In this document: in pieces, positions 1 to 20,505 of the stretch | How the letters are laid out: each line of letters begins with the position of its first letter | How positions within the stretch are numbered: position 1 is the stretch's first letter | Assembly: GCA_965203295.1 (NCBI GenBank) | Contig: CBDBCZ010000011.1 | Span: forward strand, 608,001-672,000 | Direction of reading: 5' to 3' | Origin: Nitrospirales bacterium | GTDB taxonomy: Bacteria; Nitrospirota; Nitrospiria; Nitrospirales; UBA8639 | Length of the DNA stretch: 64,000 nt | Made by a program: the position numbers and the translations under genes | Notes under the pieces: generated by a model | Told to the model about the DNA's origin: nothing | The model's input: only the letters and a program-made list of their open reading frames with translations | Databases searched by the model: none

Positions 1-234
1 AACAGTTGTTTGAAGAAAACTGCCAAGATTACTATTAGCTAACCGAGAACCGCCCTTCAACATTAGTAAGGTAGCACTGTGTGTGTATTCTGTATTATCA
101 ATCTCTTAGAGTACTGCCTCTTAGTGAAAGCTGTTCTGATCTTCAGTTGTAACCGTATACATATAAGTATAGTGTTATCACCCTGGCTATCATATGATTG
201 TTGTACAATATTATGTACGTGTCTGGAGACTCAC

Positions 235-7146
<6,912 letters not shown>

Positions 7147-7155
7147 CTGTGTGTA

Positions 7156-7279
<124 letters not shown>

Positions 7280-7306
7280 TGGTGTGTGTGTGTGTGTGTG
7301 TGTGTA

Positions 7307-7387
<81 letters not shown>

Positions 7388-7605
7388 GTGTGTGTGTGGT
7401 GTGTGTGGTGTGCGAGAGAAACACAGAGGTCAATGATGATGGAAAGTTGATCACCATTCTAAATTCAGTCCATATTTGGAAGTTATAGATACAGGATGTA
7501 GAATGAACCTCTCTAGTACATAGTTCCAAGGAGGTAATCTGAGATCCACCCTATTGTAGTTGTCTGTCTAATGACAGTCAAGATTGAGCCCAGCAGTACG
7601 TAGTA

Positions 7606-7706
7606 CAGTGGAACCCCTCTTAAAGGATACCCCTGAAATGAGGACACCTCTCTATACAAGACACTTCACCAGATCTTAAGGTGTACACAATAGAGGGGTT
7701 CCACTG
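7606..7706. mobile_element. Short CAGTGGAACC-family MITE with TA on both sides
   Basis: TA|CAGTGGAACCCCTCT ... AGAGGGGTTCCACTG|TA, perfect 15-bp TIR. Confidence 0.85.
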
Positions 7707-7929
7707 TAGTTCATACATTTCACACATACAACTGCTAAGCACATCTGGACGTCCATTATGGGCTACTCACAGACGCACACGTATGAAAACAAGTACACAA
7801 CACTGCACAATGCAAAAATCTAATATTGCACATGCTTGTCATGCATGCAGTTCTTAGAATGGTACTATACACACAGGTGTGACTCATTACAGATCCACAA
7901 TCTTAGTAATGCAAGTTGTTTTTGGATGA

Positions 7930-8510
7930 CATGTGCGTGGTCCACATACCATACATACTTTACCGACATTTTCTAAGTACCACACATGAATTGGTGGGTT
8001 GGTTTGTTACAATGCGCTGAAAATATGTAAACTGCATTTCTCCTTATACGTATATTTCTCATAATGCTGCAAAAGTGTACATGTAGACCTGAGTAGTCAC
8101 TGCTGGTCAATGCCACCTCATTCTTCCCTGGGAAGTGTTTCCTGACAGGAAGTACATGTATGACAGGGGATATGTTCTCATAGGGAGAAAGTTGTAGGAG
8201 TGTGTGGGTCATATGTACCAACCCATATGATATGCGCGTGGCCCACATACCATTACATACATTACCGACATTTTCTAAGTACCACACATGAACTCGTGGG
8301 TTGGTTTAATACAATGCACGGAAAAACTGCACTTCTTATATGGCAATAATCTCATACTGCTGCCAAAGCGTACATGTACACCCCAAGTGGTCACTGCTGG
8401 TCAATGATACATCACTGTAAGCTGGGAAGTGTTTCCTGACAGGAAGTGCATGTAAGACAGGGGATATGTTCTCATAGGGAGAAAGTTGTAGGAGTGTGTG
8501 GGTTCATATG
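7930..8510. repeat. ~300-bp diverged tandem duplication
   Basis: TTACCGACATTTTCTAAGTACCACACATGAA and GGGAAGTGTTTCCTGACAGGAAGT each occur twice, ~300 bp apart. Confidence 0.8.
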
Positions 8511-8914
8511 TACAGGAAGCAATGGGCCTTCCCTGGGAGTTAAACTACAGAAACTTAATGACATAACTGTGACATCATCGAGGCTTCAAGTACGCATTTT
8601 AGTAGGAGCTCCCAAAAGAAGATTATGACATAATTATGACATCATTGTGAGTTGCACTTGGCTATCCAGCAGATGTTTTCTATGCGGTAAGCTCTTCAAT
8701 ACCAGAGATCAAAGAGAAGTCAGGCCATCTTAATTAGACCTGACACTAAAATCGGACGTAGCAATAGAATGAGATTTCCATACTACATGTGTAATACATC
8801 TACCAAAAACTTGGCAGGTGGGGAGTTGAATTATGCCAGGCTTGGCACGCCCTCCATTTAGCCCTCTCCATGGGAGAGAGACAGAGAGTTGTTGGGATGA
8901 AAGAAGTATCTCAA

Positions 8915-9310
8915 AGTCACCACTGAATTCACTAAACAAGGAGTTGGCTCAGAGTTGATGTACTACAGCAGTGGAGTATTGGGTATAAGCTGCAACAACA
9001 CTTACATGTATACAGGTGTTGGGGTGAAAGCCATAGCCATAACACAGCTGATAGCAAGGAGAAGTACCTCGGAAGTCACCACTAAACAAGGAGTTGGTTC
9101 AGAGTTGATGTACTACGGCAGTGGAGTGTATAGTATATTGGGCATAAGCTGCAACAACATGTATACAGGTGTTGGAGTGAAAGCCACACCACAACACAGC
9201 TGATAGCAAAGAAGTACTTGCAGTCACCACTGAATTCACTAAACAAGGAGTTGGCTCAAGAGTTGATGTACTACAGCAGTGGAGTATTGGGTAAAAGCTG
9301 CAACAACATG
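8915..9310. repeat. ~150-bp tandem repeat, ~3 copies
   Basis: CACTAAACAAGGAGTTGG...AGTTGATGTACTAC occurs three times. Confidence 0.8.
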
Positions 9311-9902
9311 TGTTGATTTGGCAGTGCATAGACTAAACATCCCTTACTGGGTGTAGTGTCGCCCTGCCCACAACCATAAGCCTCTGTGGGTCCTACCAGG
9401 GGCCCTGGTCATCCATTTGAGAGACTACCCACGCAACAGACACCCACAATAGCCAATACCATGGAGCTATTGCTTCAGTACTGAGCTGCCAGTCATATAA
9501 TGAGGTTGGTAACCACGGATATTAACATAAAAACTCATCAATAGTTTACCTACAGGTTCAATCTGTTTCCTAGCACTGAATAAACAATGATGTAAACACA
9601 ACCTCCCTTTGAGAGGCGCTAATGGGGTAGGAAAAAGGATGGCAGTGTAGAAAATGAGGATGAGAGTGTACACTTATATACACTAAATACCAGGTAATTG
9701 TGGCATGCATGGACTTTGTATATACACACACTAGTAAGATGGAAAGGATATGATGCGTGCACATAATTATATACATGTACTTGTAAGGTCATTGTTCTAC
9801 AGCAATGCTAATTTCGTGGGTACATGAGTTTTGCAACCACCAAACAAGTCACATGGGCATGACTTGCATGCAATGCAGTTCTAACTGAGAGAGAGAAAAA
9901 AA

Positions 9903-11144
9903 ATGGCTGCTTCTACTGTGAGCCAAATTTGTGGCTACAAGTACGCGTTTCTCAGGCCCGTTTCTGAAGAGCTGAAGTGCGTGCAGTGCAGGTACGTGGC
10001 AAGGGAGCTCCACACCACCAGCTGCTGCAAAAAGCCGTTCTGCCAAGCCTGCATCGCCCCGGTGATGAGGGCTAAGAGGCCATGCCCCTCTTGCAAGTTA
10101 CTCAAGTTTGCTGCAGAGCCAAACAAGCGGGAACAAAAGCGGATACTAGCTCGCAAGGTGCGCTGCCCCATGAGCGACAGAGGGTGCAAATGGACCGGCA
10201 AACTGGAGTTCATAGAGGCCCACTTGGATGCCAGTACCGGCGACTGCGAGTATACAAAAGCCGCAGATCCAAACCAAGGTTGTAGTACTCACAGTACTCG
10301 TAAGTACGATCCCATACCCTGCCCCAACAGGTGTGGAATTAAGTCGATTGGGACTAGCGACGAACTTGACAATCACTTGAAGCGCTGCCCCCTGCAAGAG
10401 GTCGGATGTGACCTCTCCAATGCCGGGTGCGACGCCAAAGTACCCCGGCAGTTCCTAGAGAGACACATGGAGGAGAACGTCCACACACATCTGGCAATGG
10501 TGCTCGCCACGACTCTGAGGACGGGGGCCGAGTTCGAGCGGAGACTGCAGGGGCTAGAGATCGAGTTTGAGGAGAAGCTGCTGGAGAAAGACCGGCAGCT
10601 GAGGTCGGTGGAGGAGGAGCTTCGGGAGAGCAGGGCCCGGGTGGAGCTACTGCAGGAGGAGACGAGAGCGAGAGAGAAACAAGTCGAGAAGCTCAGCAGG
10701 GCAATCGGTATCCCTCCGTTTCACTTCTCTCTCGACGAATTTGGCAAGTTGAAGCAAGATAAAGCCAGCATTGGCTGCCTCAGCCTACCTATGTACACGC
10801 ATCCAAACGGCTACAGATTTCAAGTTCGCACCTGGGTCAACGGACAGGGATCGTTCACGGGCACTCATGTGTCGGTCGAGTTCGAACCGCTACGGGGAGA
10901 CTTCGACGACAAGCTGAAATGGCCGGCGAGATTCGTCATCACCCTGGAGTTGCTAAACCAGTACAAAGACCGAGATCACATTAGCGTGTCCGAGACGTTC
11001 GAGTACAGCGAGCCTGGGAGACTGGTCCCCAGCCAGTACATCACACACATCCGCCACGATAGCTTGGCCTGGGATGCAAGGAGGCAGACACAGTATCTTA
11101 AAAACGAGAAGCTGTGTTTTAGGATCGCCGAGATAGACGTATAA
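9903..11144 (+). CDS. TRAF-like protein (RING, TRAF zinc fingers, coiled coil, MATH domain), single coding exon, 413 aa
   Basis: RING-like CVQC..SCC...FCQAC..CPSC; TRAF zinc fingers CPMSDRGCKWTG..H and CPNRC..H..RCPLQEVGC..GC..H; E/L/R-rich coiled coil; MATH motifs PMYTHPNGYRF, GTHVSV, GDFDDKLKWP. Confidence 0.93.
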   Translation: MAASTVSQICGYKYAFLRPVSEELKCVQCRYVARELHTTSCCKKPFCQACIAPVMRAKRPCPSCKLLKFAAEPNKREQKRILARKVRCPMSDRGCKWTGKLEFIEAHLDASTGDCEYTKAADPNQGCSTHSTRKYDPIPCPNRCGIKSIGTSDELDNHLKRCPLQEVGCDLSNAGCDAKVPRQFLERHMEENVHTHLAMVLATTLRTGAEFERRLQGLEIEFEEKLLEKDRQLRSVEEELRESRARVELLQEETRAREKQVEKLSRAIGIPPFHFSLDEFGKLKQDKASIGCLSLPMYTHPNGYRFQVRTWVNGQGSFTGTHVSVEFEPLRGDFDDKLKWPARFVITLELLNQYKDRDHISVSETFEYSEPGRLVPSQYITHIRHDSLAWDARRQTQYLKNEKLCFRIAEIDV

Positions 11145-11860
11145 TATGACTGTGCACGTAACTAGCTGTGTATCATTGCAGCTGTCCCAGCTGGGGACTG
11201 CTACAGTACTGTATGATGTAATGCTTCCTTTGTACTTGTTTGCTTCATTGTGCAGAGCTTGACAACAGCAAACAAAACCTCTTGCTGTTTCAGCAGGACT
11301 GGTACACATGTAACAGATGTTTCAGAGACACAAATAACAGTAGTTAACCCTGTGAAAACACTTTCCACACACTGAACCCATCTTCTCACTTGATATCGCA
11401 TTCCAATTGGTAAACTCCTAATTGTACATACCTACATGTATAGTTTAACGCTGTAAGCCTATACTTCAAGAAACCTTGGCATGAGAGTGCGTTGATACAA
11501 GGACAGCAAGTCTACCCAAACTGTTCGTTTGTAAACTAATCTCCAGGTACAAATTAACTTTGGGTGCCTTACCCTACAAGATTTCATGCAAACTCCTTCC
11601 TTCTTTCAGCACGCTAGTATCTTCACAGACAACTTCCTCCTGTCAAAACACACTACTCACTCCCCCAAGTGGTGGTCCTACTACAGAGAATGATAGTGGG
11701 TTATGCTGTACTATTACAGAAAGTATAGATAACTGTGTTTCCTCACCACACAGAACATGTCATTCAGAAACTAAAGAGAAGGGGATATTCCCACAGGGAG
11801 TGGTGGCCCTATTCTAGGAAAAATATAGGTAGTTTGTAGGTTGTAGGGTAGTTCACTGAG

Positions 11861-12298
11861 TAGGCTTGAGATAATTATGCTCCAAATCTTTGCAATTATT
11901 CTATTCTCCAATTCTTTGATTTTATTGCTATTATTCTCTCTGTTTTTTTGCTACTATTCTCATATTATTCTCAATTTATACCTGTTGCTATACTGTAACA
12001 TAAGTGAACATTCTAGGAAAGACAACTAGTCATTGACATGTCGACAGGAATACACCAGCCACTCAAGCAGACGGGATTGATACTATCATAGAGTGCTAGC
12101 TTGGCACTCAACCAAAGAAAAACTCAATCTATTGAGTGCCCAGTCCTCATGCATTGCTGGCCGGAGGGCAGGCCGACCCACTCATCCGGGCGCACGCCAC
12201 CAAAAACGCTGAGGCTTGCTACTATTCTAGAATTATTCTTTATGCTAATGTCTTGCTATTATTTTAAAAATTATTCCAGCATAATTATCTCAAGCCTA
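11861..12298. mobile_element. Non-autonomous hAT-type DNA transposon
   Basis: Perfect 21-bp TIR TAGGCTTGAGATAATTATGCT with an 8-bp target-site duplication TCACTGAG (11853-11860 and 12299-12306). Confidence 0.9.
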
Positions 12299-15200
12299 TC
12301 ACTGAGGAAGCTAAAGAGGAGATATCAGGGTGTGGGGGGGGGGGGCTATACTAGGAAAACCCAGTAACTTAGGATAGTTCACTGAAGAAACTGAAGAGAA
12401 GGGGATATTCCTACAGGGTGTGGTGGCCCCTATACTAGGAAAAACAGTGTACTTCCCTGTAAAGTGTTGGATAGTTCACTGAAGAAACTGAAGAGAAGGG
12501 GATATTCCAAAAAGGGGTGCCCCAATTCTAGGAAAAACTGTGTAGTAATAACATACAAAGTACTCTGCAGCCCACAGCATAGGTAGTTCACTGATCCATA
12601 AAGTTCAGTACAGCAAGGGGTAGCTACATGTACTATAGGGGTAGCTACTATATGTGTACATGTATTACTGGAATCTCCTCTCCATGATATCATATCCATT
12701 GATCAGGCGAAACTGAACAGTTGCATCACCCCTGTCTCTTCATGCTGTTAACCAACCAACCAGCCAACAATGGCAGGAAGGGGATGAAGAACTTTGGTGG
12801 TTAAGTGGGAAGTGGATACAATACTACACTGCCAGCACTCTTTAGCTTCAGCAGGAAGAGCTTATGAATGCCCCACAGAGCTTTGCACATACACATGTAG
12901 AGCTTCCATGCTAGCTACCAACAGTGAGAGGGGGTTAGGACTGGAGGCCAATTAGCATTCTTTCACTCCAAACCTCATACCCAGGCATGCACTGCACAGT
13001 GGACCGCAGACAATGGGGTAAATGTAACATGTACTCAGTTTTGCCATGTGACCCAATCATATGTGACAAAAACAGACTAGGGAAGTGAGGTACACACGAT
13101 CGAGAGCTTTGGGATCAGTTAAGGAATCGGCCGTCACTTGATAGTGTCCATAATAAGCCAAAATCAGTTCCTTGAGCGAGCAAAGTCATGTCATGTTCAC
13201 TCCATAGATCACAAGTCTTGAAACAACAGATACACAGTATATATTCCGCAACTTGTGACCGTTGCAAGCCATGGACTGGCCTCGTATAACCAACAACTAC
13301 GCGAGAAGCTAAAACTAAATTAGACCATGCGCACGAGTGACAAGCTTTGTGACGGGTCGTGAGAGGTCAGCGTCCATAAGCAAAGGTCAACTCTGTGAAC
13401 AAGGCCATGTTTACTCCACAGACTTCTGACTTAAACCAACAGACGCACAGTATATTCTACAGCACTCGGCAACTTCGGGCAGTTACAGTTAAGCCATGGC
13501 CCATGCAAGGTGGTCTCGCGTAGCCATACACTATATAAGAAGTTTAGACTGAACTAGACTCAGTGCTGGGGGGACAGCTAGCAGCTCTCAATAGGAAGAT
13601 GCGAGGATGAGCTAATGCTGTGGTCACGCTGCTCTGTTGGGATTGTATGTCCTGGTAACCCCAACATCCTCCATAGAAATCCACACACAGGATCCTCAAT
13701 GGGCCAGTGTGGCTCACATGACAGACAGTGGTAAGGTTGTATAGTGCCATGAAATACCTAGGGACACAAGTACTATACTTGCTCCCAGACCTCCCCACAG
13801 CTAGTAGTCAACCAGACCTCTCCCATATATTTTGAGCTAGCCGTCAACTAGGCATGAACTGCTTGAGCTACGCTGCCACAAACACAAGGCAGCCATGCGT
13901 GGAGTAAGTTACTAGGGGAGTCAGATAAGAGAGATCAATAGAGTGACAAGATGTACACAAACACTTGAGTAGTGTAGGTGTAGTGTACTGGTACATGTAC
14001 ATGTACATAATGAGATCTCCAAAGTAGGGCTTCACATAAATTGACATACTTCATTCGAAATACCGTAGAACAGGAATTTTTTCGTCGGTACACTACAACA
14101 ACGAAAATAAAAAACGCACACTTTTTCAACATCAAACATCGACCAATAATGCTACATTTTATAAAACAACTGGAAAATTTAACAGGCGAATATTTTCAAG
14201 AGCAAAAATTCCTCTATCTACGATAATTGAAAGTGCCAGCAAAAACTGAGCTCACACTTATTGAATTAGCGTCTAGTACACTATAATTTAACAACTGTAT
14301 CAAAGGCCCATGATCCACCCTGTAGGCCATTCATCTTACAATAGACCCACCCTCCAGACTATTCATCTTACATTGGAGCCCTGTGGAACTCTATCCACTT
14401 GCACCCAAGTGGACTACATAATTTACTCACCACGTATTAATGATCCTTCTATACAGTGTAAAATACAGCCTCCACCCCCAGGCTATTGTTGAGGTACTCA
14501 TTGAATGGGAAACAGTCACAGCAAGGGGCAGGGTGCATGGACCAACACACTGCTAGCATGTCTAGACTTAATGATGCATAGAGAAGTGTGGGTAAGCAGT
14601 GGTTGATAGGCGCATTACATCATCCGTGTCCCCATGGAGAACTCAGCAATTCATTCCCCCAGAGATTTGAGCAAACATGACGTACAATGATCCCACTCTG
14701 CTTCCTCTTTCAATGGCTGCTGAAGTAGCTAATGTCAGTGATACAATCTCCTCTACTACAGTAGTCCCAATAACAGACACTACTAGGCCAGAATAGTAGC
14801 CGTCTTTTAATAGTGTAGCTTTAATCTAGCCGTACATCTATTTAATGTCTGTGGTCTGGCGGCCGTTCATAGACAAAGCTATAGGGGTGGAGTTCGCGCA
14901 CACAAAGGGGGGTGGGGACATAGTTGTATCAACACTCAAGACTATGCAGCTGCACTCTTCTTACGTAAGTACAACGGCAAAACTAAGTACCGTGCAGCAA
15001 AGCACAAGGATACCCCTGCGCAATTGTGTGCATGAATTTATATACTGGGAGCGTATGGTATAATTTCATATGCACACGCACGAAATTATAATAAATCCAC
15101 ACTGTAGCTTTTAGCTTCGTTCTCAGACCAGAACGAAGGTAAAAACCGGTGTGCATGAATGCTTCTCGTGACTGTACACAGTAGATTAAACTGTGCTTAC

Positions 15201-18200
15201 CGATAAAATGCAGTAGACTGCTTGCTCGGGTACGATGCCAGTCTTATGAATTCTCTCGCAACCTAGTCGTTGCCTCGCGTACTTAACTTGAAACTCGAGT
15301 CGATTCGCGATATAAAGTTACTATCACGCACAATAGCACTGCGCTACACACTCCTTGCTTACTAGTGCTGTAGCCATTCCTCAAAAGTGATTACCCAACA
15401 GCTGGTATTAAAAACAGTAGAACAGTACTTCGGCTTCCGCACGCGAAGGAAATGATCGATGCAAGAAACCGTACAAATGCAATTTATAACAAAATCATTT
15501 CCCTACAAACCGCACACGAGGCGTGACATCACTGAGTACAATGTACACGTGTCTCCTACACCCACATGTTCCTTGTGGGGCCTATTGTGGGGTCTGGCTG
15601 TGTGGGGGTTGAGTATCATATCGGATAGTTGACAGAGGTATATGATGCATACAATAATGCCAAATTCACGGACAATAGTTTTGGTAAGTAACAAAATGTA
15701 CTTGACTTGTATCCAGTCTGCCAGTGGTCCCAACCGAGGGTCTGGTACCCGAGACTACCTTTCCCCCGCTGTAATATGAATGTACTGTATACTTAATATC
15801 CGCCATCGGTAGAATGATACATTCACGGGTGGCACGTGTCGTGCTGGTACAGAACAAGAGCAGTCCTCAGAAAAAGCACATTAGTTTTATAACCATTGCA
15901 GAAGATATTACAAACTCAAACCTGAAGTGTCCACCATAATCTCGAGACAAGCAACAACCCTAGGCTGTACACTACGCTTGATCAGGATCGCCCCTCGATG
16001 ATTACTACCTTGATTTGTTCACGGCTGGTTGCATCATGTACGCCAACGAAAAGGCTGCTCACTTGATGCGAAATGGCAGCCAACACAAGTCGTCTATACT
16101 AGGTAGTTTCTCCCCCGGTAAAGGTCTAGGGCAGGGCTGCGTTGGGCCCATTTTGGTGCACAGGTGTAATGTTAGCCTCCACCCTAGTCTCCTTGGCCCA
16201 GAGGGGAGGGCAGTGGTGCATTAATCTTCCAAGGTGTGGCGTCTAAAATGATACTCTGACGTAAAAACTCCTTTAAAACATGTACGTTTAGAATCATCAT
16301 GAACTGCTAGCCTGGATTTGAATAAGTTTCTTTTGCTTCGCTGTTTCTTTTTTCTTATTTTTACATGTTCTTTTGCTCTCTCTATAGTTAAGACTACATC
16401 AGGGAAGAAACAGTCACACATTGTACATTGAAACAAAGGCACTTTTCCAGACACAATAGCTCCATGGTGACTTTTTTTGACAGACTAGCATGCAGTGTTT
16501 CAGCACAGCTGAGACTGATGGAGTATTAGTAGACAGCGAGACTTGTTATTCTGACACCAAAACATGAGTACAGTTTGCACAGACACTATCGGGTGGTGCA
16601 GCAATGTGCTGGATTAGGCAGCCAGAGGAGTCTGCCCACAATGCCGGATGCTGAAGAGGCATGTACTTGTTACTGAGAGCGTGGCCTGGTGACGAACAAT
16701 GGTTCAACGCGCAGCGGATGTCTACTCTGCAGATCCACACTATTCCAACAGCTCGCCCCACAGTGGTAGAATAGCAGCGTCCCTAAGTTACATTCCAGGC
16801 AGCAAGCAGCACAGTAAGGCACATGTATATATTCTCTGAGTCTTCCTTCATTGCACTCAGATCCAACCACCCCTTAGCCGGAGAATAGGGTCAGACAACT
16901 TGACTTCACAGGAATGCAATACGAGCGAGCAAGTTATGGGAGCATTTCATGCACACACACCTGGGGTGTCTGTTACTGTGCTGTGTCAAGTATAGCAAGT
17001 GTTGTGTATAGCAAGTGTAAGCACAGAAAATAGACAGCAGAGAAGTAGCTTACTCAATCTCAAGCACAGCAATCGAGAAATTTACTGTCTCCAGAATTAA
17101 GGGGAAGCATGGTAGTGCCTAGCCTGGGTTCTGAGGTGTCATTGCTGCAGCTATTGTGTATGTAATGTGAGTAGCCAGGGGCTTCAACCACAAGAGAATC
17201 CCTGAACAATGCTACTTGTGCTCTGCTCACTCTACTGCTTCAGAGAACCCACAGAACTTTGGGAACCGGCTATGTACTACACACAGTACAGAGAGCGAGG
17301 GAACATGGGAAGGACAGTGCTTAGTTTGGGGTTAATTCCAGTTCAAACACAAGCAATGTTGTTGACACCAAGCGAAATCAATTACAGTTAATGGCAAAGG
17401 TGCCAAGTCTCGTATGGAGACATCAGTGGCCAGAAATAGTAGGCTGATATATATACATGTACCTTACTGTAAAGAGCCTGTGAATGTGGGTACGTGGTCA
17501 ATGGCGTAAGTGCTACGGCGGCAGCGACATGAGTATACTACTATTACTGTGAGATCAAATTTGGAAGACATACATACATGTAAACAACAACGGTCTTTGA
17601 ATATGACAATTGCAGCTGCATCAGTTAAGCACAAGTACGTGGTACTGTATGAGGTTAGTCTCATTCCCAGGTCAACACGGAACTGGGAACAAGGCTAGTC
17701 CACTATAGCCTCTTGAGCGTAACAGCTCAGGAATCTATATCCTTGCCAGGTTTATCGGCACCGTCCCTTCCCTCCCTCCCTCCTTCCTTCCTCATCCCTC
17801 CAAAAGAGTCTGAAGGCACTAGCTCAGCCACTTAGTATGAACTGGCAAGGCGTATCACCTCTTGCAAATACTCACAAGCAAGGCATATACTCACACAGAG
17901 TGCACTTTACCCTTTCTTATACTTCTTGTAGTGAATGGTCTAACCACAATGGGCAGAGTTTAATGAGAGTGGAATTCTACTACAAAAGGTTAGTGGTGAA
18001 GCCCAAGGAACCCCACTGCCTCACCACTGACTATTGGTAGATTATGATTAATTATGCCCATAACCTCGTTAGCCAATGGGTTCTGTGGACAGGTTCAGAT
18101 AGCTACTGACTCACGGGGCAAAACTAAACTTCACTGCAGTAAAATTCAGGATTAAATTCGCTGTCCATTGCTAGCTTTGTTTGTACACTCAACAAAAGAA

Positions 18201-18561
18201 GTTCAGTTGATCAAAATATCAACACACTATAAAATACTGCAGCGGCATTTTCTGTGTTAGCTTATAGTGACAGCTGCTCTTTGCTCTTGGCAGCCCAAGT
18301 AGTGCTTGAAGCTTGAGAGGTGATCAATAACACTTAACCCCAAACAGAATTGGCAGGTGTCCTCAGTTCACAGGTGAACAAGCAGTGTCCCAGATGCCAG
18401 GGTGGGGGACGGTGGACCTTGCTTCCTTTTCTGATCCTTGATCATCTCCGTTTTTTGGACAGGGTTCGTAATATATCCCCCAACCCACATGGAGTGATAG
18501 CTGATACAGTAAGGGTATATGTCTGAGAGTTTCATATCCTAGTGATTGTGTAATGTGAATA

Positions 18562-18762
18562 CAGAGGAACCCCTCTAATGTGGACACCTTGGGGACCAGG
18601 TGAAGTGCCCCGTATAGACAGGTGTTTTCATTTCAGGGGTAAATTTATCATGGAGTACGGTGCTACTCCATATGAAGGGTGGGAAGCATATTTGGGAGAC
18701 AGCAAGTGTCCTTTATACAGAGGTGTCTATTCCAGGGGTGTCCTTTAAGACGGGTCCCACTG
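18562..18762. mobile_element. CAGTGGAACC-family MITE copy
   Basis: TA|CAGAGGAACCCCT ... CCCACTG|TA plus family-internal motifs. Confidence 0.75.
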
Positions 18763-20505
18763 TATAAGGCACCAACCATCAGCTGGTCTCCAGTGAACCA
18801 ATGGAGCTCTCACGTGACAGACAGGGAACAGAGAACAGGGATAAGATTATGAAGCCGCTAGGACTCAGCCGTTTCCAATCGTTCTGGTCGACCCCTGTCC
18901 TCTGGTGTCACTGATGTGATTGGCTATAAAAGTAGCATGTTAACGTCTAACTTAAATTTCGCCCAGAAGATCTAGACTAGAGCATCTAGTCGAAACATCG
19001 GCAGAGATTCTTTCCAATTAAAGTTGGAATATATATAGCACTTTCCTTTCTCATGGAAGAGCCAACTGAGGAGCCCCTCTCTTCAATTCCAACCGTATAC
19101 TTGCTCCTCAACCATTGCTGTGACAAAGCAAACTAAGCACTAGCCAGGCTGCCGTGGTGCATAGCAACATTGAGGGATGCTGGGAACGAACCTATACATC
19201 GCACGCTCTAGCACTTCCTACATGCTTGTAAGGACATTAAACGACACCTTACAGACAGACTTTGAATGAGTGCCAGCTCCTCTAATTAGACAATGTCATC
19301 ATGATCTAATTGTGGCTAATGTTATTTACTGAATCAAGTTTGTAGAATTAGGTAAGGACAACTGATATGGCTTATGTCATCCTGATGTAATTATACGCGA
19401 TTAACTCTGTCTGTCCTCCAATTACAATTACCTTAAGGGGGCACATCTAAGCACCTGCAACATGAATGGGTAAATGGGCACTTCTTTCAAATATTCAGAA
19501 GCCACCTGCATAGCAGCAGTGTTTATTAAAGAAGAGTATCTTATAGCCAAAGCTCAAAGGGTGGGCAGCTGTGTTCCAATTAGGACGAGGTGAAGCTGAA
19601 GTCTAGTTAGAATACAGAGTTACCCATGCTCTAAGTATGGTCTAACTTTTCAACTAGGGAATAAAGGACCACCATAGTAACATACTCCAAATATAGTTAC
19701 AGCTCCAGAGAGTACTTTGCTTAAAGGACACCCCTGAAATAAGGACACCTCTGTATTAAGGACATTTTGCTATGTCCCAAATTTTTAATTTACCCATGCT
19801 AATTTTAAACAGCGTGTTACATCCCTCTGGAGGAAAAAACTAGAAGTCTCTAGCAGAGACATACCCAGCACTGCATAATGTACAACTGGGACCTGGCAGG
19901 ACAACAGACTTGGTTAATGAAGCTGTTGGTAACATGTACATTTTGCTATATGTATGTTTGAGCACTTCTTAAGAACTGAACAAATCACAAATCACTCTGC
20001 GAGTATTTTCAACACTCACGGAGCCAAGCAATGACATTGAAACACAACTGCCTACGTGCTTACATTTTCCTCAATTCCCAAAATCACGAGTGAAGTAAAC
20101 ATTGCAGTGATGGACGAGACTACACTGTACACAAGTTTAGCAAAACAGCGGCCCTGACTAGGTTCAAAGGACCAGGTTAAGTATACAGAAACTGAGAGTT
20201 TTCATTACTGGCAGTGGGAGGTGAAAGTACACTGCTATCATAGCCTCCTTTCTAGGCTGCCATTGCTTGAAGGCTAAGCAGAGGGTCAACAAGCTTAGCC
20301 TCGTTCCCAGGCCCGCGCCATTTTCGGTTATACGAAAGCTGTCACAGCAAACCTGGGAACAAGGCTACAACACAGCTAAGTCAAAGGGCTAACTGGGGTG
20401 AGCCTGAGCGAGCGTAGCTGGTATCTAAAGTCACATGCAAGGCCAAGTATAGAAAGGTACATGGAGGTATTTATAGAGGTGTTTGTAAGCACAGCTGTAG
20501 TTCTA

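Noticed and set aside
14682..14757. Possible extra RhoGEF exon (EEIVSLTLATSAAIEKRKQSGII|GTACGT)
   Set aside because: The acceptor is weak, the entry phase is incompatible with the 23753 donor, and no homology was recognised.
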